A stretch of 64,000 nucleotides of DNA from Bacilli bacterium. Its GTDB lineage: Bacteria; Bacillota_I; Bacilli_A; ML615J-28; CAG-313. The stretch lies in the NCBI GenBank assembly GCA_045119035.1, contig JBGVCU010000034.1, positions 2,626-66,625 of the forward strand, given 5' to 3'. Below, piece by piece: positions 18,880 to 29,458 of the stretch (the first letter of the stretch is position 1; every line of letters starts with the position of its first letter). Both the position numbers and the translations under genes were made by a program. The notes beneath the pieces are model-generated. The model saw nothing but the letters and a program-made list of their open reading frames with translations, did not search any database and was not told the origin of the DNA.

Positions 18880-20457
18880 TTACTCCTTTATTATTTCTTT
18901 TAAGTTATCTAAATATTCAGGATAAATAACTACTTCATCCATCATATCTTCAATTATATTATCTTCTAATAAATCAAATGCAAGTTCATTAATACTTTCA
19001 ATTAAAACTTCCATAAGAATATTATTATCTTTACAATATTTATTGATTTCTAAATACGGATCCATGTTTATTACTTTCTTTAGAAATTCTTTTTGAATTA
19101 AAGTTAATTCATTATAAAAACCGTTCCATGATTTATCAATTTCTTTTTCTATTGTTTCAATATATATATCTTCTTCTTTATCAAATTCTGTAATAAGCTT
19201 AGAAGATACTTCGTTTGATATTAATCTGATTTTATTTAATTTTGATAAATCAATTTCAATATTTGAATCGTTTAATTCTCGATATACTTCTTTTCTTACA
19301 ATATCATCAATAATATATTCTAGTTCATTTACGAATTTATCAAATGATGATACTTCTATATATCTAGGATATTCTTTCTTTTTTATATTACGATAGTTTT
19401 TTTCAAGACGTATATAATATTCAATTAAACTAAATATATATCTATTTACTTTTGAATAAGCAAAATCATAATAATAAGTTATACTATTTATATAGTTTCC
19501 TTGGAATAAAATATTTATTTTGTTATCAAAATTTATATGTTTTTCATAGTTTAATAAATCAACTTTATCTTTTGACACAAAGAAATTTAAATAGTCAAAT
19601 CGATATATATTATTAATCTTTTTATAAATCAATTTACTAAAATGTTGATTATTATCTTTAAAATAAATATTTAACTTATATAAAACTTTTCTTAGAATCT
19701 TTTTGAACTTTTTTTCTTCTTTTTCAAAAAAGACATTATCAGTCATATAATTTTTAACATAATAATTATATATATCTTGATCGATTGATAAATTTAAATC
19801 ACGATCAGAGTTTTCAATAAATATTTTTAAGAAAACATCTTTTGAATAAGTTTTTTCTACTTCAATATTATGTAAGTATATATATTCTAAAACAATTTGT
19901 TTAAAAATATTTTCATTTCTTGGTGATAAATATATTAAATTATCAAGTAAAAATACTAATATATCAAATCCCTCATTAGCGTCTTTTACCCCAATTAAAT
20001 TATATATTTCATTAACATATGTATAAATGAATTTTGAGTTTGTATATGTGAATATTCCTTTTCTAAGTTTTGTTCTCCATGTTAGATATCTTCTAAGTTC
20101 AAGTATGGAGAATTTTTTATATGAAAAGTAGGAATCCATCTGAGATAAAATTCCGGCTGTTGTATAGAAATTATTATAATAATCTTCATATAAATATATA
20201 TTTTCAAGTAATTTAGCTTCGGTCATAAATAATTTTTGCATATCGCTTAAAGATTGTAGGTTGTATTGAGATTCATAAATTTTTAATAAATTCAATTTAT
20301 CAACAAGGGGAATATCTTCATTAAATTTGTTTTCAACATATTCTTTTGTATAAATAACTTTATCTTGTTTTTCTACAACTTTTTCTTTATTTTTATTCTC
20401 TATTTCGCTAATTATCTTGATTAATTCTTTAAATTCTATATCTCTTTTCATATACAT
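18880..20457 (-). CDS. TerB N-terminal/TerB-C domain protein
   Basis: LRRYLTWRTKLRKG...YVNEIYNLIG (TerB-N-like) and IDLSKL..IR, IESINELAFD (TerB-C-like). Confidence 0.8.
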   Translation of the reverse strand: MYMKRDIEFKELIKIISEIENKNKEKVVEKQDKVIYTKEYVENKFNEDIPLVDKLNLLKIYESQYNLQSLSDMQKLFMTEAKLLENIYLYEDYYNNFYTTAGILSQMDSYFSYKKFSILELRRYLTWRTKLRKGIFTYTNSKFIYTYVNEIYNLIGVKDANEGFDILVFLLDNLIYLSPRNENIFKQIVLEYIYLHNIEVEKTYSKDVFLKIFIENSDRDLNLSIDQDIYNYYVKNYMTDNVFFEKEEKKFKKILRKVLYKLNIYFKDNNQHFSKLIYKKINNIYRFDYLNFFVSKDKVDLLNYEKHINFDNKINILFQGNYINSITYYYDFAYSKVNRYIFSLIEYYIRLEKNYRNIKKKEYPRYIEVSSFDKFVNELEYIIDDIVRKEVYRELNDSNIEIDLSKLNKIRLISNEVSSKLITEFDKEEDIYIETIEKEIDKSWNGFYNELTLIQKEFLKKVINMDPYLEINKYCKDNNILMEVLIESINELAFDLLEDNIIEDMMDEVVIYPEYLDNLKEIIKE

Positions 20458-20540
20458 ACCTCAATTTTAATTAACTTATATTATATCATAAGAATAAAAA
20501 TAAATCAACTGATAAAAAATAAAAATATAGATTAGAAATT

Positions 20541-21089
20541 CTAACCTATATTTTTAAAATATTTTATTTTATTTGTCAAAATATATAATAAAGGGATATA
20601 AACAAAGGTTGTTACAATTGAAAGTATTAATCTAATAATAATGTTAATAAATGTTAAATTTACAGGATAGTTATATATCTTACCATCAACAATTAAAGCT
20701 ATACTGTTTACTAAAGAAGCAAACAATGCTCCTGCAATTACACATAAACTAACACTTAGTAGTTTTTTATTATATTTGAATAAATACATAATAATACTTG
20801 GAATCAATCCCCAACACATTGTCGATAACATCCAAAGTGGTGTGGTTAAAGTAATACCATATTCACTGATAATAATTTGCGTAATAAATGCTGTAACAAA
20901 ACTTGTTAATGTACCAACCTTAATATTAAATAAAATTCCCGCAATCATTAGAGGAATACCATAAAAAGTAATTCGATATGTATTAACTCCACCAAATAAA
21001 GAAATAGGGATACTAACTGATTCTAAAATAACTGCAAGTGAACTAAGTATACCTACAATGCAAATTTCATACACTAATTTTCTTTTCAT
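20541..21089 (-). CDS. folT: Folate-family ECF transporter S component
   Basis: Hydrophobic S-component pattern (RITF..IPLMIAGILF), start MKRK after AAGGAGG, THF riboswitch upstream. Confidence 0.85.
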   Translation of the reverse strand: MKRKLVYEICIVGILSSLAVILESVSIPISLFGGVNTYRITFYGIPLMIAGILFNIKVGTLTSFVTAFITQIIISEYGITLTTPLWMLSTMCWGLIPSIIMYLFKYNKKLLSVSLCVIAGALFASLVNSIALIVDGKIYNYPVNLTFINIIIRLILSIVTTFVYIPLLYILTNKIKYFKNIG

Positions 21090-21129
21090 AAAAAAAGACC
21101 TCCTTAAAAATAAAGAGAATCCGCAATAT

Positions 21130-21219
21130 ACAGCGGATACATTAATAAACCGCCACATAATGTGTTCGTCTATTTCATCATCCTTTGAAATAGCACTTAA
21201 CGCTTATTAATTACTCTGT
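21130..21219 (-). ncRNA. THF riboswitch followed by a terminator-type expression platform
   Basis: ACAGAGUA...GCGUUAAGUG...GACGAA...GCGG...AUCCGCUGU consensus; downstream ATCCGC/GCGGAT hairpin plus U-rich tract (about 21105-21138). Confidence 0.88.
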
Positions 21220-21278
21220 AGAAATATTATATATTTTTTCAATAAATTAGTCAATTCAAATACAAGAAAGGGATACTA

Positions 21279-21872
21279 ATGAACATTTTAAAACATTGGA
21301 AATTTAATTTACTTTTGTCGTTTATTTTTTTAGGAACAGGAATTTTGTTTCTTTTTCCTGACTTATCAATATATATTATAAGTATATTTACAGGATTATT
21401 TATCCTATTATATTATATTTACAATGTAGTACCAAAATATCGAAAATTAAGAAATGTTAATTCAGAATGGATAATGTGGGTTGTAATTGAATCTATTGTT
21501 TTAATTTGTTCTTCTTTACTTAGTTTTCTTACTCCAAAGTTAATTCTTGATTTATATATATTCAAATTTAATTTAAGTAATATTTTTGGATTAATTTTAG
21601 TTTTAGAGTCATTGGTAGGTATTATTAAATTATGTAATTTAATATATATTAAAAACTTAAATTATAGACCTAAAAAATATTTAAAATATATTTATTTATT
21701 AATATTGCTTATTGGAACATATATTTTATTTAATACATCAATTGATAATTTATATTTATCATATATATTAAGTGGCTTTTGTTTTATTTTATTTTTTATA
21801 AATTTTATCTTGTTTTTTAGAAATAAAAAAATAAGTAAATTAAAAAACAACAACTTAATAGAAAGTAAATAA
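21279..21872 (+). CDS. Multi-pass membrane protein (possibly HdeD/DUF308-like)
   Basis: ~6 hydrophobic segments, plausible RBS. Confidence 0.6.
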   Translation: MNILKHWKFNLLLSFIFLGTGILFLFPDLSIYIISIFTGLFILLYYIYNVVPKYRKLRNVNSEWIMWVVIESIVLICSSLLSFLTPKLILDLYIFKFNLSNIFGLILVLESLVGIIKLCNLIYIKNLNYRPKKYLKYIYLLILLIGTYILFNTSIDNLYLSYILSGFCFILFFINFILFFRNKKISKLKNNNLIESK

Positions 21873-21958
21873 TTTGACATTTTTCTATTTATTTGCAAAA
21901 TTCTTCTTTTTTGTGTATAATATGTTAGTATTTAACTTATTATCTTAAAGGAGGGTTT

Positions 21959-23374
21959 ATGGCAAATAAATATGATGTTATTATCGTTGGTGGAGGACCA
22001 ATGGGGATTTTTACTGCTTACGAATTATTACTAAAGGCACCTAATAAAAAATTTCTATTAATAGATAAAGGGCATGATATTTATAACCGTAAATGTCCAA
22101 TTCTTGAAAAGAAATTAAAACAATGTCCAAAAAATAAAAAAGGTCAAGCTGGATGTTTTCCAAGTTGTTCAATGACATCTGGATTTGGTGGATGTGGAGC
22201 ATATAGTGATGGTAAATTCAATATTACTAGCGAATTTGGTGGATGGATGACTGAATATTTACCTGATGATGAAGTTATCGATTTAATCAAATATGTTGAT
22301 AATATTAATTTAGAACATGGTGCACCTACTGAAACAACAAATCCAAATACACCTAAAGTATTAGAAATTGAAGCAAGAGGAATTGCGCATGGTTTAAAAC
22401 TTCTTCGTAGTGAAGTTAGACACCTAGGTACTGAAATTAACTTACAAGTTCTTAAAAATATTTATGAACATATGAAACCAAACATGGACTTCTTATTTAA
22501 AACAGAAGTATTAGATATTATTGTTGAAGATAATGAAGTAAAAGGTGTTACTACTCCAGATGGTGAAATCTTAGCTGATTATGTTATTTTAGGTGTTGGA
22601 AGAAATGGTGCAGATTGGCTTGTTAGAACACTTAAAAATCATGATATTAAATTTAGCAATAATAAAGTTGATGTCGGTGTTCGTGTAGAAACTAACGATA
22701 TTGTTATGAAAGAAATCAATGAAACTTTATATGAAGGTAAATTCATCTTCAATACAAGTGTAGGTACAACTGTAAGAACTTTCTGTAGTAACCCATCAGG
22801 GCATGTTGTTATTGAAAATCATAATGGTATTATGGTATGTAATGGGCATGCTTATCATGATCAAAAATTAGGTTCTCGTAATACAAACTTCGCTTTACTT
22901 GTATCACATGAATTTGATGAACCATTTAATAATCCTAACGATTTTGCTTATGAAATTTCAAAACTTGCTAATAAACTAAGTGGTGGTGGAGTAATCGTTC
23001 AAAAATATGGTGATATTAAAAAAGGCCGTCGTTCAACTGATAGAAGAATTGCTGAAGGATTTGTTAAACCAACACTAACAGAAGCAGTTCCAGGGGACTT
23101 AGGATTAGTTCTTCCATATAACACTATGAAGTCATTAATAGAAATGATTGAAGCACTTGATTATGTAACTCCAGGTATTGGAAACGATCATACATTATTC
23201 TATGGAGTAGAAGCAAAATTCTATAGTGATCGTCCTGAAGTTGATAAAAACTTTGAAACAAAAATTAAGAATTTATATGTAGGTGGAGATGGAGCAGGTA
23301 TTACCAGAGGCCTAGCACAAGCCGGAGCAAACGGTGTTCATGTAGCTCGTCATATCGCATCAAAATTAAAGTAA
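21959..23374 (+). CDS. Uncharacterised NAD(P)/FAD-dependent oxidoreductase
   Basis: IVGGGPMG, GFGGCGAYSDGK, VRTFC.NP.G.V, GDGAGITRG. Confidence 0.9.
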   Translation: MANKYDVIIVGGGPMGIFTAYELLLKAPNKKFLLIDKGHDIYNRKCPILEKKLKQCPKNKKGQAGCFPSCSMTSGFGGCGAYSDGKFNITSEFGGWMTEYLPDDEVIDLIKYVDNINLEHGAPTETTNPNTPKVLEIEARGIAHGLKLLRSEVRHLGTEINLQVLKNIYEHMKPNMDFLFKTEVLDIIVEDNEVKGVTTPDGEILADYVILGVGRNGADWLVRTLKNHDIKFSNNKVDVGVRVETNDIVMKEINETLYEGKFIFNTSVGTTVRTFCSNPSGHVVIENHNGIMVCNGHAYHDQKLGSRNTNFALLVSHEFDEPFNNPNDFAYEISKLANKLSGGGVIVQKYGDIKKGRRSTDRRIAEGFVKPTLTEAVPGDLGLVLPYNTMKSLIEMIEALDYVTPGIGNDHTLFYGVEAKFYSDRPEVDKNFETKIKNLYVGGDGAGITRGLAQAGANGVHVARHIASKLK

Positions 23375-23385
23375 AAAGTAAAATA

Positions 23386-23417
23386 AAAGGTTTGAGAATA
23401 TTCTCAAACCTTTTTTA
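23386..23417. terminator. Bidirectional terminator
   Basis: AAAAGGTTTGAGAATATTCTCAAACCTTTT perfect palindrome between convergent genes. Confidence 0.8.
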
Positions 23418-23487
23418 ACTACTCAATAATATAATCCTTTACACTATAATTATTTTTTTGAATGATTCAATATAATTTTTGATTATT

Positions 23488-24342
23488 TTATAGATCTATT
23501 TTAGGTGTAAATCCTATCCCAAATGTTCCTGGTCCACCATGAACACCTATTACAGGAGAAAGTGAACAAATAGTAACATCATCAAAAACATTTGTTTTTG
23601 ATTCTAAAATTCGTTTTAGTTCTAAACAGTCATTAACATCTTCTGTATAATTAAAGAAAACTTTAATAGGAGTATTTGGAACATTTTCTAAAAAGGCATC
23701 AATTAGTCTTTCCATTGCTTTTGATTTTGTTCTAACTTTTTCTTTGACAACAACTCTACCTTCTTTATCAAACCATAACATCGGTTTAATTTTTAACATA
23801 TTTCCAATAAATGCTTGAGCATTAGATAATCTTCCATTTAGTTTTAAGTAATGTAAATCATCTACTAAAAAACTAATATAACTATTATGAGCTAAATAGT
23901 TGATTGTTTCAATAATTTTAGAAACGTCATAACCTTTTTCTATCATTTCTTTTGCTACAAGTCCTAAATTTGCTTCACAATATCCTACTGATAATGAATC
24001 AACAACATGAACATTAATTCCTTCAATATCTTGACTTGATAAACACACATTTTGATATGTACCACTTAAACCACTAGAAATAGTAATCATAATAAGGTCT
24101 GTATATCCTTCGTTTTTAAAGTCTTTTATAATTTGAATTAATTCTCCTGTTGATGTTTGTGATGTTCCAATCTGTTTTGCGTTTTTTAATAATACATATA
24201 ATTGCTCTGAATTAATATCTTCATAATCTTTATATTCTTTACCATCAATTCTAATAATGGATCTAAATACTCTCATATTATGATTTTGGGCAACATAATC
24301 AATTCCAGAACTACCACATATAGCTAGTCCTATTTTGCTCAT
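23488..24342 (-). CDS. DegV family fatty-acid-binding protein
   Basis: TSQTS, ISSGLSGTY, VVDS, LKLNGRLS, IGVHGGPG. Confidence 0.93.
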   Translation of the reverse strand: MSKIGLAICGSSGIDYVAQNHNMRVFRSIIRIDGKEYKDYEDINSEQLYVLLKNAKQIGTSQTSTGELIQIIKDFKNEGYTDLIMITISSGLSGTYQNVCLSSQDIEGINVHVVDSLSVGYCEANLGLVAKEMIEKGYDVSKIIETINYLAHNSYISFLVDDLHYLKLNGRLSNAQAFIGNMLKIKPMLWFDKEGRVVVKEKVRTKSKAMERLIDAFLENVPNTPIKVFFNYTEDVNDCLELKRILESKTNVFDDVTICSLSPVIGVHGGPGTFGIGFTPKIDL

Positions 24343-24425
24343 ATATTTACTCCTACAAATGTTATATATCTTTTTTCAAATTATAACATTATTTTCATAT
24401 TTACACAAATAATATGTTTTATAGT

Positions 24426-25430
24426 TTAATTGACGTTTGTTTGATAATCATATATATATTCTATACCTTGATATGTAATTCGAATTTTATACTCAACAAC
24501 CTTTGATTTTAAAATATCATCTTTAATTATGCCATCTTCTGTTATATAATTTTTTATATTTTCATCACATATATATTCTACTTCTACATCATTAAATAAT
24601 TTATATGCTTCTAAATAATACGAAGTAAGTTTTCTAAATTCTGGAAAATAATAACTATTTATTAAAACTTGTGGACAATTTTTTCCAGAGAAATCGTAAT
24701 GTTTTCTTAAAGACTCAATTGGTAAATTATACTTGTATAATAATTTTGCTGCAAGTTTTGCTGTTGTTACCATTGTTTCTAAGTAGTCTATACCACTATA
24801 TACACAAGTTTCAATTCCAATTCCATTTAGATTTCCACCACCATAATTTGTTTTATTATATTTACTACTATACCATTTTGTACCAGTTGGTCTTAAACCA
24901 TCTCCAGCATGATACGCTACTTCATTATCCGGAATATGTTGATAAATATATTCTTCATCTACTGTATAATGCCAAGAAAGTCCAGGGTTTGAATTTTGAA
25001 TATAATTACTATGATTAAGACCATTTGCTGTGGGTTTATTATTACCAGTATCATGTATTACAATCCATTCTACTTTATCACGTGTAATACCAGGTCTTGT
25101 ACTTTTATATTTCTTATCTACTAGTTTTTCATCAATAATAAGTTCATCTATGTTAATAAAATATAGTAGTGAATAACTTTTATTAATATTATTAAATGTA
25201 TTAAAGTGTATTTGTTTTACATTTTCTTGGTATATTTTATTTAAAAATTCTTCTATTAAAATAATTTTTTCATCTTTTTCAATTATTATTTCTTCATCTT
25301 TTATTTCTTCTTTATCTATTATAATTTCTTCTTGTTCTTCTTCTATAGGGGGGATAATATTAGATGTATTACTACATGATGATAAAACTATCATAAATAC
25401 TAATATAATTAATATAAATAACTTCTTCAT
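24426..25430 (-). CDS. Lipoprotein N-acetylmuramoyl-L-alanine amidase (Amidase_2)
   Basis: Lipobox LSSC; IVIHDT, SWHYTVD, AYHAGDG, IGIE, KHYDFSGKNCP. Confidence 0.9.
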   Translation of the reverse strand: MKKLFILIILVFMIVLSSCSNTSNIIPPIEEEQEEIIIDKEEIKDEEIIIEKDEKIILIEEFLNKIYQENVKQIHFNTFNNINKSYSLLYFINIDELIIDEKLVDKKYKSTRPGITRDKVEWIVIHDTGNNKPTANGLNHSNYIQNSNPGLSWHYTVDEEYIYQHIPDNEVAYHAGDGLRPTGTKWYSSKYNKTNYGGGNLNGIGIETCVYSGIDYLETMVTTAKLAAKLLYKYNLPIESLRKHYDFSGKNCPQVLINSYYFPEFRKLTSYYLEAYKLFNDVEVEYICDENIKNYITEDGIIKDDILKSKVVEYKIRITYQGIEYIYDYQTNVN

Positions 25431-25552
25431 CTATACCTCCTATGTTGCCCACTATATTTTAACATAATTAACTTTTTATTGACAATAGGTTTTAAGAAAT
25501 TACATAATATTACCAAATTAAAAAAGCAGCCATTAGACTGCTTAATTTTTTA

Positions 25553-28132
25553 TTATTCACTTCTTAAAGCAATTACTGGATCTTGTTTAGATGCCATTCT
25601 AGATGGAATTAAACCAGAGATAATTGTTAACATAAAGCTAATTATTACAACAATTGTAGCATGTAATGGATTTAAGAATGCAATATTGTGTGTACCCATT
25701 AGATTGAATAAAACAACATTGATTGGGATACATAATAATACAGTAACAAGCACACCGAATAATCCAGATGCAAGTCCGATTACAAATGTTTCAGCGTTAA
25801 ATACACGTGAAATATCTTTCTTTCTAGCACCAACTGCACGAAGAACACCGATTTCTTTAGTTCTTTCAATTACAGAAATATATGTAATAATTCCAATCAT
25901 AATTGAAGATACAATTAGTGAAATAGAAGTAAAGGCAATTAACACTGCTGAAATACCATTAATAATATCACCAACTGCAGAAATCATGATAGCCATAATA
26001 TCTGTATATTGAACTTCTGCTTTTCTTCCAGCTTTTGCTGCAGCATCTTTTTGTGCTTTTGTTGCATGTTCAATACCTAATGCAATTATTTCTTCTTTAG
26101 AAAGTTCATCACTGGATGGATTATTTTCTAAATATTCTAAACCAACTTCATACATATATTCATTATATGCTTCATCATAATATTCTTTATTTTTTTGATT
26201 TAAAAATTCTTTTACATCATCTTTTGTATTAAAATCTGTAGGATATAAATTTATTCCATTTGGAACTTTAATACCACCAATTTGTTTCATTACAGAATTA
26301 TATGTAACATTTTTTGAATTTGCAAATAAATTTCCTGTTAACATATTTATTTCAGGATTTGCTTTTTGATCATTTACAATATTACTTTCTGCATTTAACG
26401 CAAACATTCTATCAGTAAGTTCTGGTAGATATCCCACAATTGACATTTGCCCCATTTGACCACTTGTTGAGTTTTCATTCAAACGAATAACACCACAAAT
26501 TTCAATTTCTGTTGTCGAATTATTGAATGTCTCAATGTCAACATAAGTCATTGAATTTTGTTTAAACTCAGTTGATGTATAGAAATTACCTTCTTTTTTA
26601 TAAAGTTCATTATTTGATAATACTTTATATTTTGTACCAACAATTTGACTAAAATCAATTGATTTTCTTCCAAGCTCATCAGTTTGCACAATTGAAGGAT
26701 CTAGTCCTAAACAATTAATCATTATATCAGCTACTTGGTTATATTTATCTACAACTAAAACTACATCATTATATTCAGTTGGATAATCACCGTAAATTAA
26801 ATCGTATTGTGCTTTTAAGAATTCATCATTACCTAAAAGTTGAGCAAAAGGTTTAAAACCACTAGATAAAGAACCTGCCATACTCATCATTGATTCAAAC
26901 ATATCATCTAGTTTACTAATGTTTAGACCTGCTTTAACACTTGTTCCATCATTACTTAAATATGCACTTTCCTTGTAAATAGATAATTGCATATCATATG
27001 TATAAGATACATCAACTAACCATTCATCAGGAATTTGTTCAATAACATCAGTAATATATTCTGGAGTAATGTCATTTACAGCATATACATCTGTCATTGC
27101 TGCAAGAATCTCATTAATAAATACTTTTTCAACAGTTGGATATTTTTCAATACCTTCAGGGATATGATCCATAATAGATTCTATATCCATTTTAGTCGAA
27201 GTAATCATTAAAGGATAACTTGATAATGTATCAACTTGTAATTTATCAATATATGTTTGGAAACCATTTGATAAAGCCATTACTAAAGTAATACCGATAA
27301 TACCAATACTACCTGCAAATGTTGTTAAAATTGTTCTAGTTTTCTTTGTTAATAAGTTGTTAATACTTAAAGCAAAAGCAGTAAGTAGTTTCATAGCTGT
27401 ATATTTTGTCTTCTTCGGAGTTTCTACTTCTTCTTCTACAACAACATCTTCAGTATGATAAGGATTTGTATCACCTGTAATTAATCCATCAAATAAATTA
27501 ATAATTCTTGTTGAATATGTTTTTGCAAGTTCAGGGTTATGAGTAACCATGATAACAAGAGTTTCTTTTGATAACTCTTTTAAAATGTCCATTACTTGGA
27601 TACTAGTTTCAGAGTCAAGCGCACCAGTTGGTTCATCTGCTAAAATAATATCAGGATTATTAACAATTGCTCTTGCGATAGCAACACGTTGCATTTGTCC
27701 ACCTGATAATTGGTTTGGACGTTTATATATTTGATCTTCTAGACCAACTTTAATTAAAGCATCTATTGCTTTTTGTCTTCTTTCTTTTTTTGATACACCA
27801 GATAATGTTAAAGAAATTTCAACATTTTGTAAAATTGTTTGGTGAGGAATTAAATTATAACTTTGGAACACAAAACCGATTGAGTGGTTTCTATATGTAT
27901 CCCAATCACGATCTTTATATTTAATAGTAGAAACATTATTGATTACTAAATCTCCGCTTGTGTATTTGTCAAGACCACCAATAATATTTAATAATGTAGT
28001 TTTACCACATCCAGAAGGACCTAAAATAGATACAAATTCATTTTTTCTGAATTCTAAAGAAACGCCTTTTAAAGCATGAACTTGTAACTGTCCAGCATCA
28101 TAAACTTTAGTTATATTCTTAAGTTTTAACAT
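25553..28132 (-). CDS. MacB-like fused ABC ATPase/permease
   Basis: [21 protein letters not shown], FtsX-type C-terminal [14 protein letters not shown]. Confidence 0.95.
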   Translation of the reverse strand: MLKLKNITKVYDAGQLQVHALKGVSLEFRKNEFVSILGPSGCGKTTLLNIIGGLDKYTSGDLVINNVSTIKYKDRDWDTYRNHSIGFVFQSYNLIPHQTILQNVEISLTLSGVSKKERRQKAIDALIKVGLEDQIYKRPNQLSGGQMQRVAIARAIVNNPDIILADEPTGALDSETSIQVMDILKELSKETLVIMVTHNPELAKTYSTRIINLFDGLITGDTNPYHTEDVVVEEEVETPKKTKYTAMKLLTAFALSINNLLTKKTRTILTTFAGSIGIIGITLVMALSNGFQTYIDKLQVDTLSSYPLMITSTKMDIESIMDHIPEGIEKYPTVEKVFINEILAAMTDVYAVNDITPEYITDVIEQIPDEWLVDVSYTYDMQLSIYKESAYLSNDGTSVKAGLNISKLDDMFESMMSMAGSLSSGFKPFAQLLGNDEFLKAQYDLIYGDYPTEYNDVVLVVDKYNQVADIMINCLGLDPSIVQTDELGRKSIDFSQIVGTKYKVLSNNELYKKEGNFYTSTEFKQNSMTYVDIETFNNSTTEIEICGVIRLNENSTSGQMGQMSIVGYLPELTDRMFALNAESNIVNDQKANPEINMLTGNLFANSKNVTYNSVMKQIGGIKVPNGINLYPTDFNTKDDVKEFLNQKNKEYYDEAYNEYMYEVGLEYLENNPSSDELSKEEIIALGIEHATKAQKDAAAKAGRKAEVQYTDIMAIMISAVGDIINGISAVLIAFTSISLIVSSIMIGIITYISVIERTKEIGVLRAVGARKKDISRVFNAETFVIGLASGLFGVLVTVLLCIPINVVLFNLMGTHNIAFLNPLHATIVVIISFMLTIISGLIPSRMASKQDPVIALRSE

Positions 28133-28239
28133 AGTTACCTCCTATACATAATATACAGCTTTTAAATTATATTTTATTATAAACTATTTTATGATTTTTT
28201 TCTATTATTTAGCAATATGCATACATAATTTTTTTATAT

Positions 28240-28270
28240 AAAAAACACTGTATTATTATACAGTGTCTTT
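28240..28270 (-). terminator. Intrinsic terminator
   Basis: ACACTGTAT-tatt-ATACAGTGT hairpin with U-tract on minus. Confidence 0.7.
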
Positions 28271-29409
28271 TAAACTATTTTTACTTTTAATTTATTATCT
28301 TGAATATACTTTAGAATACTTTTTAATCGAGACTTGCTTTCAACATTTAAATCAATATCTTCATTATCTAAAGCAGTAAGTAAGAAACGATATTTTGTTC
28401 TAATAGATATATTGCAACTTGTAAGCTTTTTATCAACAATTACTTTTAACGCTTTTTGAAGTGCTTTGTAACTTGCATCAAGTTGTTCTATTTGTTCAGA
28501 GTTATATGTTCCTCCAGTTAAAGAAATATTAAGTTGTTCGATATAATAACTCCACATATATTCTTTAGTTTGTGGGTTTACTTTCGGATTTATATCAATT
28601 AATAAATCTTTATTATTAGTTAATATATCTGTTACTGAAATTAATTTTTGAATTACTTTCTTTAATTTTCTAAATTCATTTAAATCAAATTGATTAATTT
28701 CTTTTGTTAGATTACTTCTTGTATCTAAATCAATAATAGTATATTCACTTTTATTAATATAAGATTTTTCTAAATTATTTTTTAGATATGTTTTATCTTG
28801 TAAATCAATAAATGACCCTTTTAAAAAATCATCTAATGCTTTTGAAAAAGCATGAATATACCCTTCGTAACGAAAATCTACTAAATAATTTTCAACACCA
28901 TAACTAAATAAACTTAATAAATGATTTGTAGTAATATTATGAATTTCATTTTCAATTATTAATTGTTTAATAATTCTAATTGAATTTTTATATAATGGAT
29001 AATTATTACTAATATATTCAACTAAATTTACTTCTTCTAAATATTTATTAATATATATTTTTAAAGTAACATTATCATCAAAGCTTATTTCAAAATAATC
29101 TAATCTTTTAACATCACAATCAAAATTTAATAATAAAATATTATGTAAATAGTTTTCTAAGATAACTACTTCATTCTTATTTGGTTTATTTAATGAAAAT
29201 AATAAATTTACTTCTATTGTGTTTTCACAAGCCAATATTAAACCATTTTTAAGTGAACCTAAATACTTATATCCATTATAGTTAATATTACTATATTTAT
29301 TTTCTTTTAGAATTTCATCTAGTAAATTTATTTTTTCTAAGAAAAGAGCTTTTTTTGATGAAGGCAATTCTGTATCAAAGACTATTTTACGATATTCTTT
29401 TTCTGTCAT
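28270..29409 (-). CDS. Degenerate CD-NTase/OAS-like nucleotidyltransferase fold fused to an RNase H-like domain
   Basis: LGSLKNGLILACENTIEV (cf. GSxxxGTxLxxxxDID), SIRIIK, IIDLDTRSNLT (cf. IIDPxxxxNNV); C-terminus follows an RNase HI pattern. Confidence 0.6.
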   Translation of the reverse strand: MTEKEYRKIVFDTELPSSKKALFLEKINLLDEILKENKYSNINYNGYKYLGSLKNGLILACENTIEVNLLFSLNKPNKNEVVILENYLHNILLLNFDCDVKRLDYFEISFDDNVTLKIYINKYLEEVNLVEYISNNYPLYKNSIRIIKQLIIENEIHNITTNHLLSLFSYGVENYLVDFRYEGYIHAFSKALDDFLKGSFIDLQDKTYLKNNLEKSYINKSEYTIIDLDTRSNLTKEINQFDLNEFRKLKKVIQKLISVTDILTNNKDLLIDINPKVNPQTKEYMWSYYIEQLNISLTGGTYNSEQIEQLDASYKALQKALKVIVDKKLTSCNISIRTKYRFLLTALDNEDIDLNVESKSRLKSILKYIQDNKLKVKIV

Positions 29410-29427
29410 ATAAATTCCTTTCAAAAT

Positions 29428-29451
29428 AAAGGACGAAATACTTCGTCCTTT
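29428..29451 (-). terminator. Intrinsic terminator
   Basis: AAAGGACGAA-atac-TTCGTCCTTT hairpin. Confidence 0.7.
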
Positions 29452-29458
29452 AATATTT

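Noticed and set aside
15469-20457. A complete BREX type 2 system
   Set aside because: pglW/pglX/pglY/pglZ are absent from the window.
28270-29424. A complete CBASS operon
   Set aside because: No effector or ancillary cap genes adjacent, and the catalytic residues of the cyclase-like protein look substituted.
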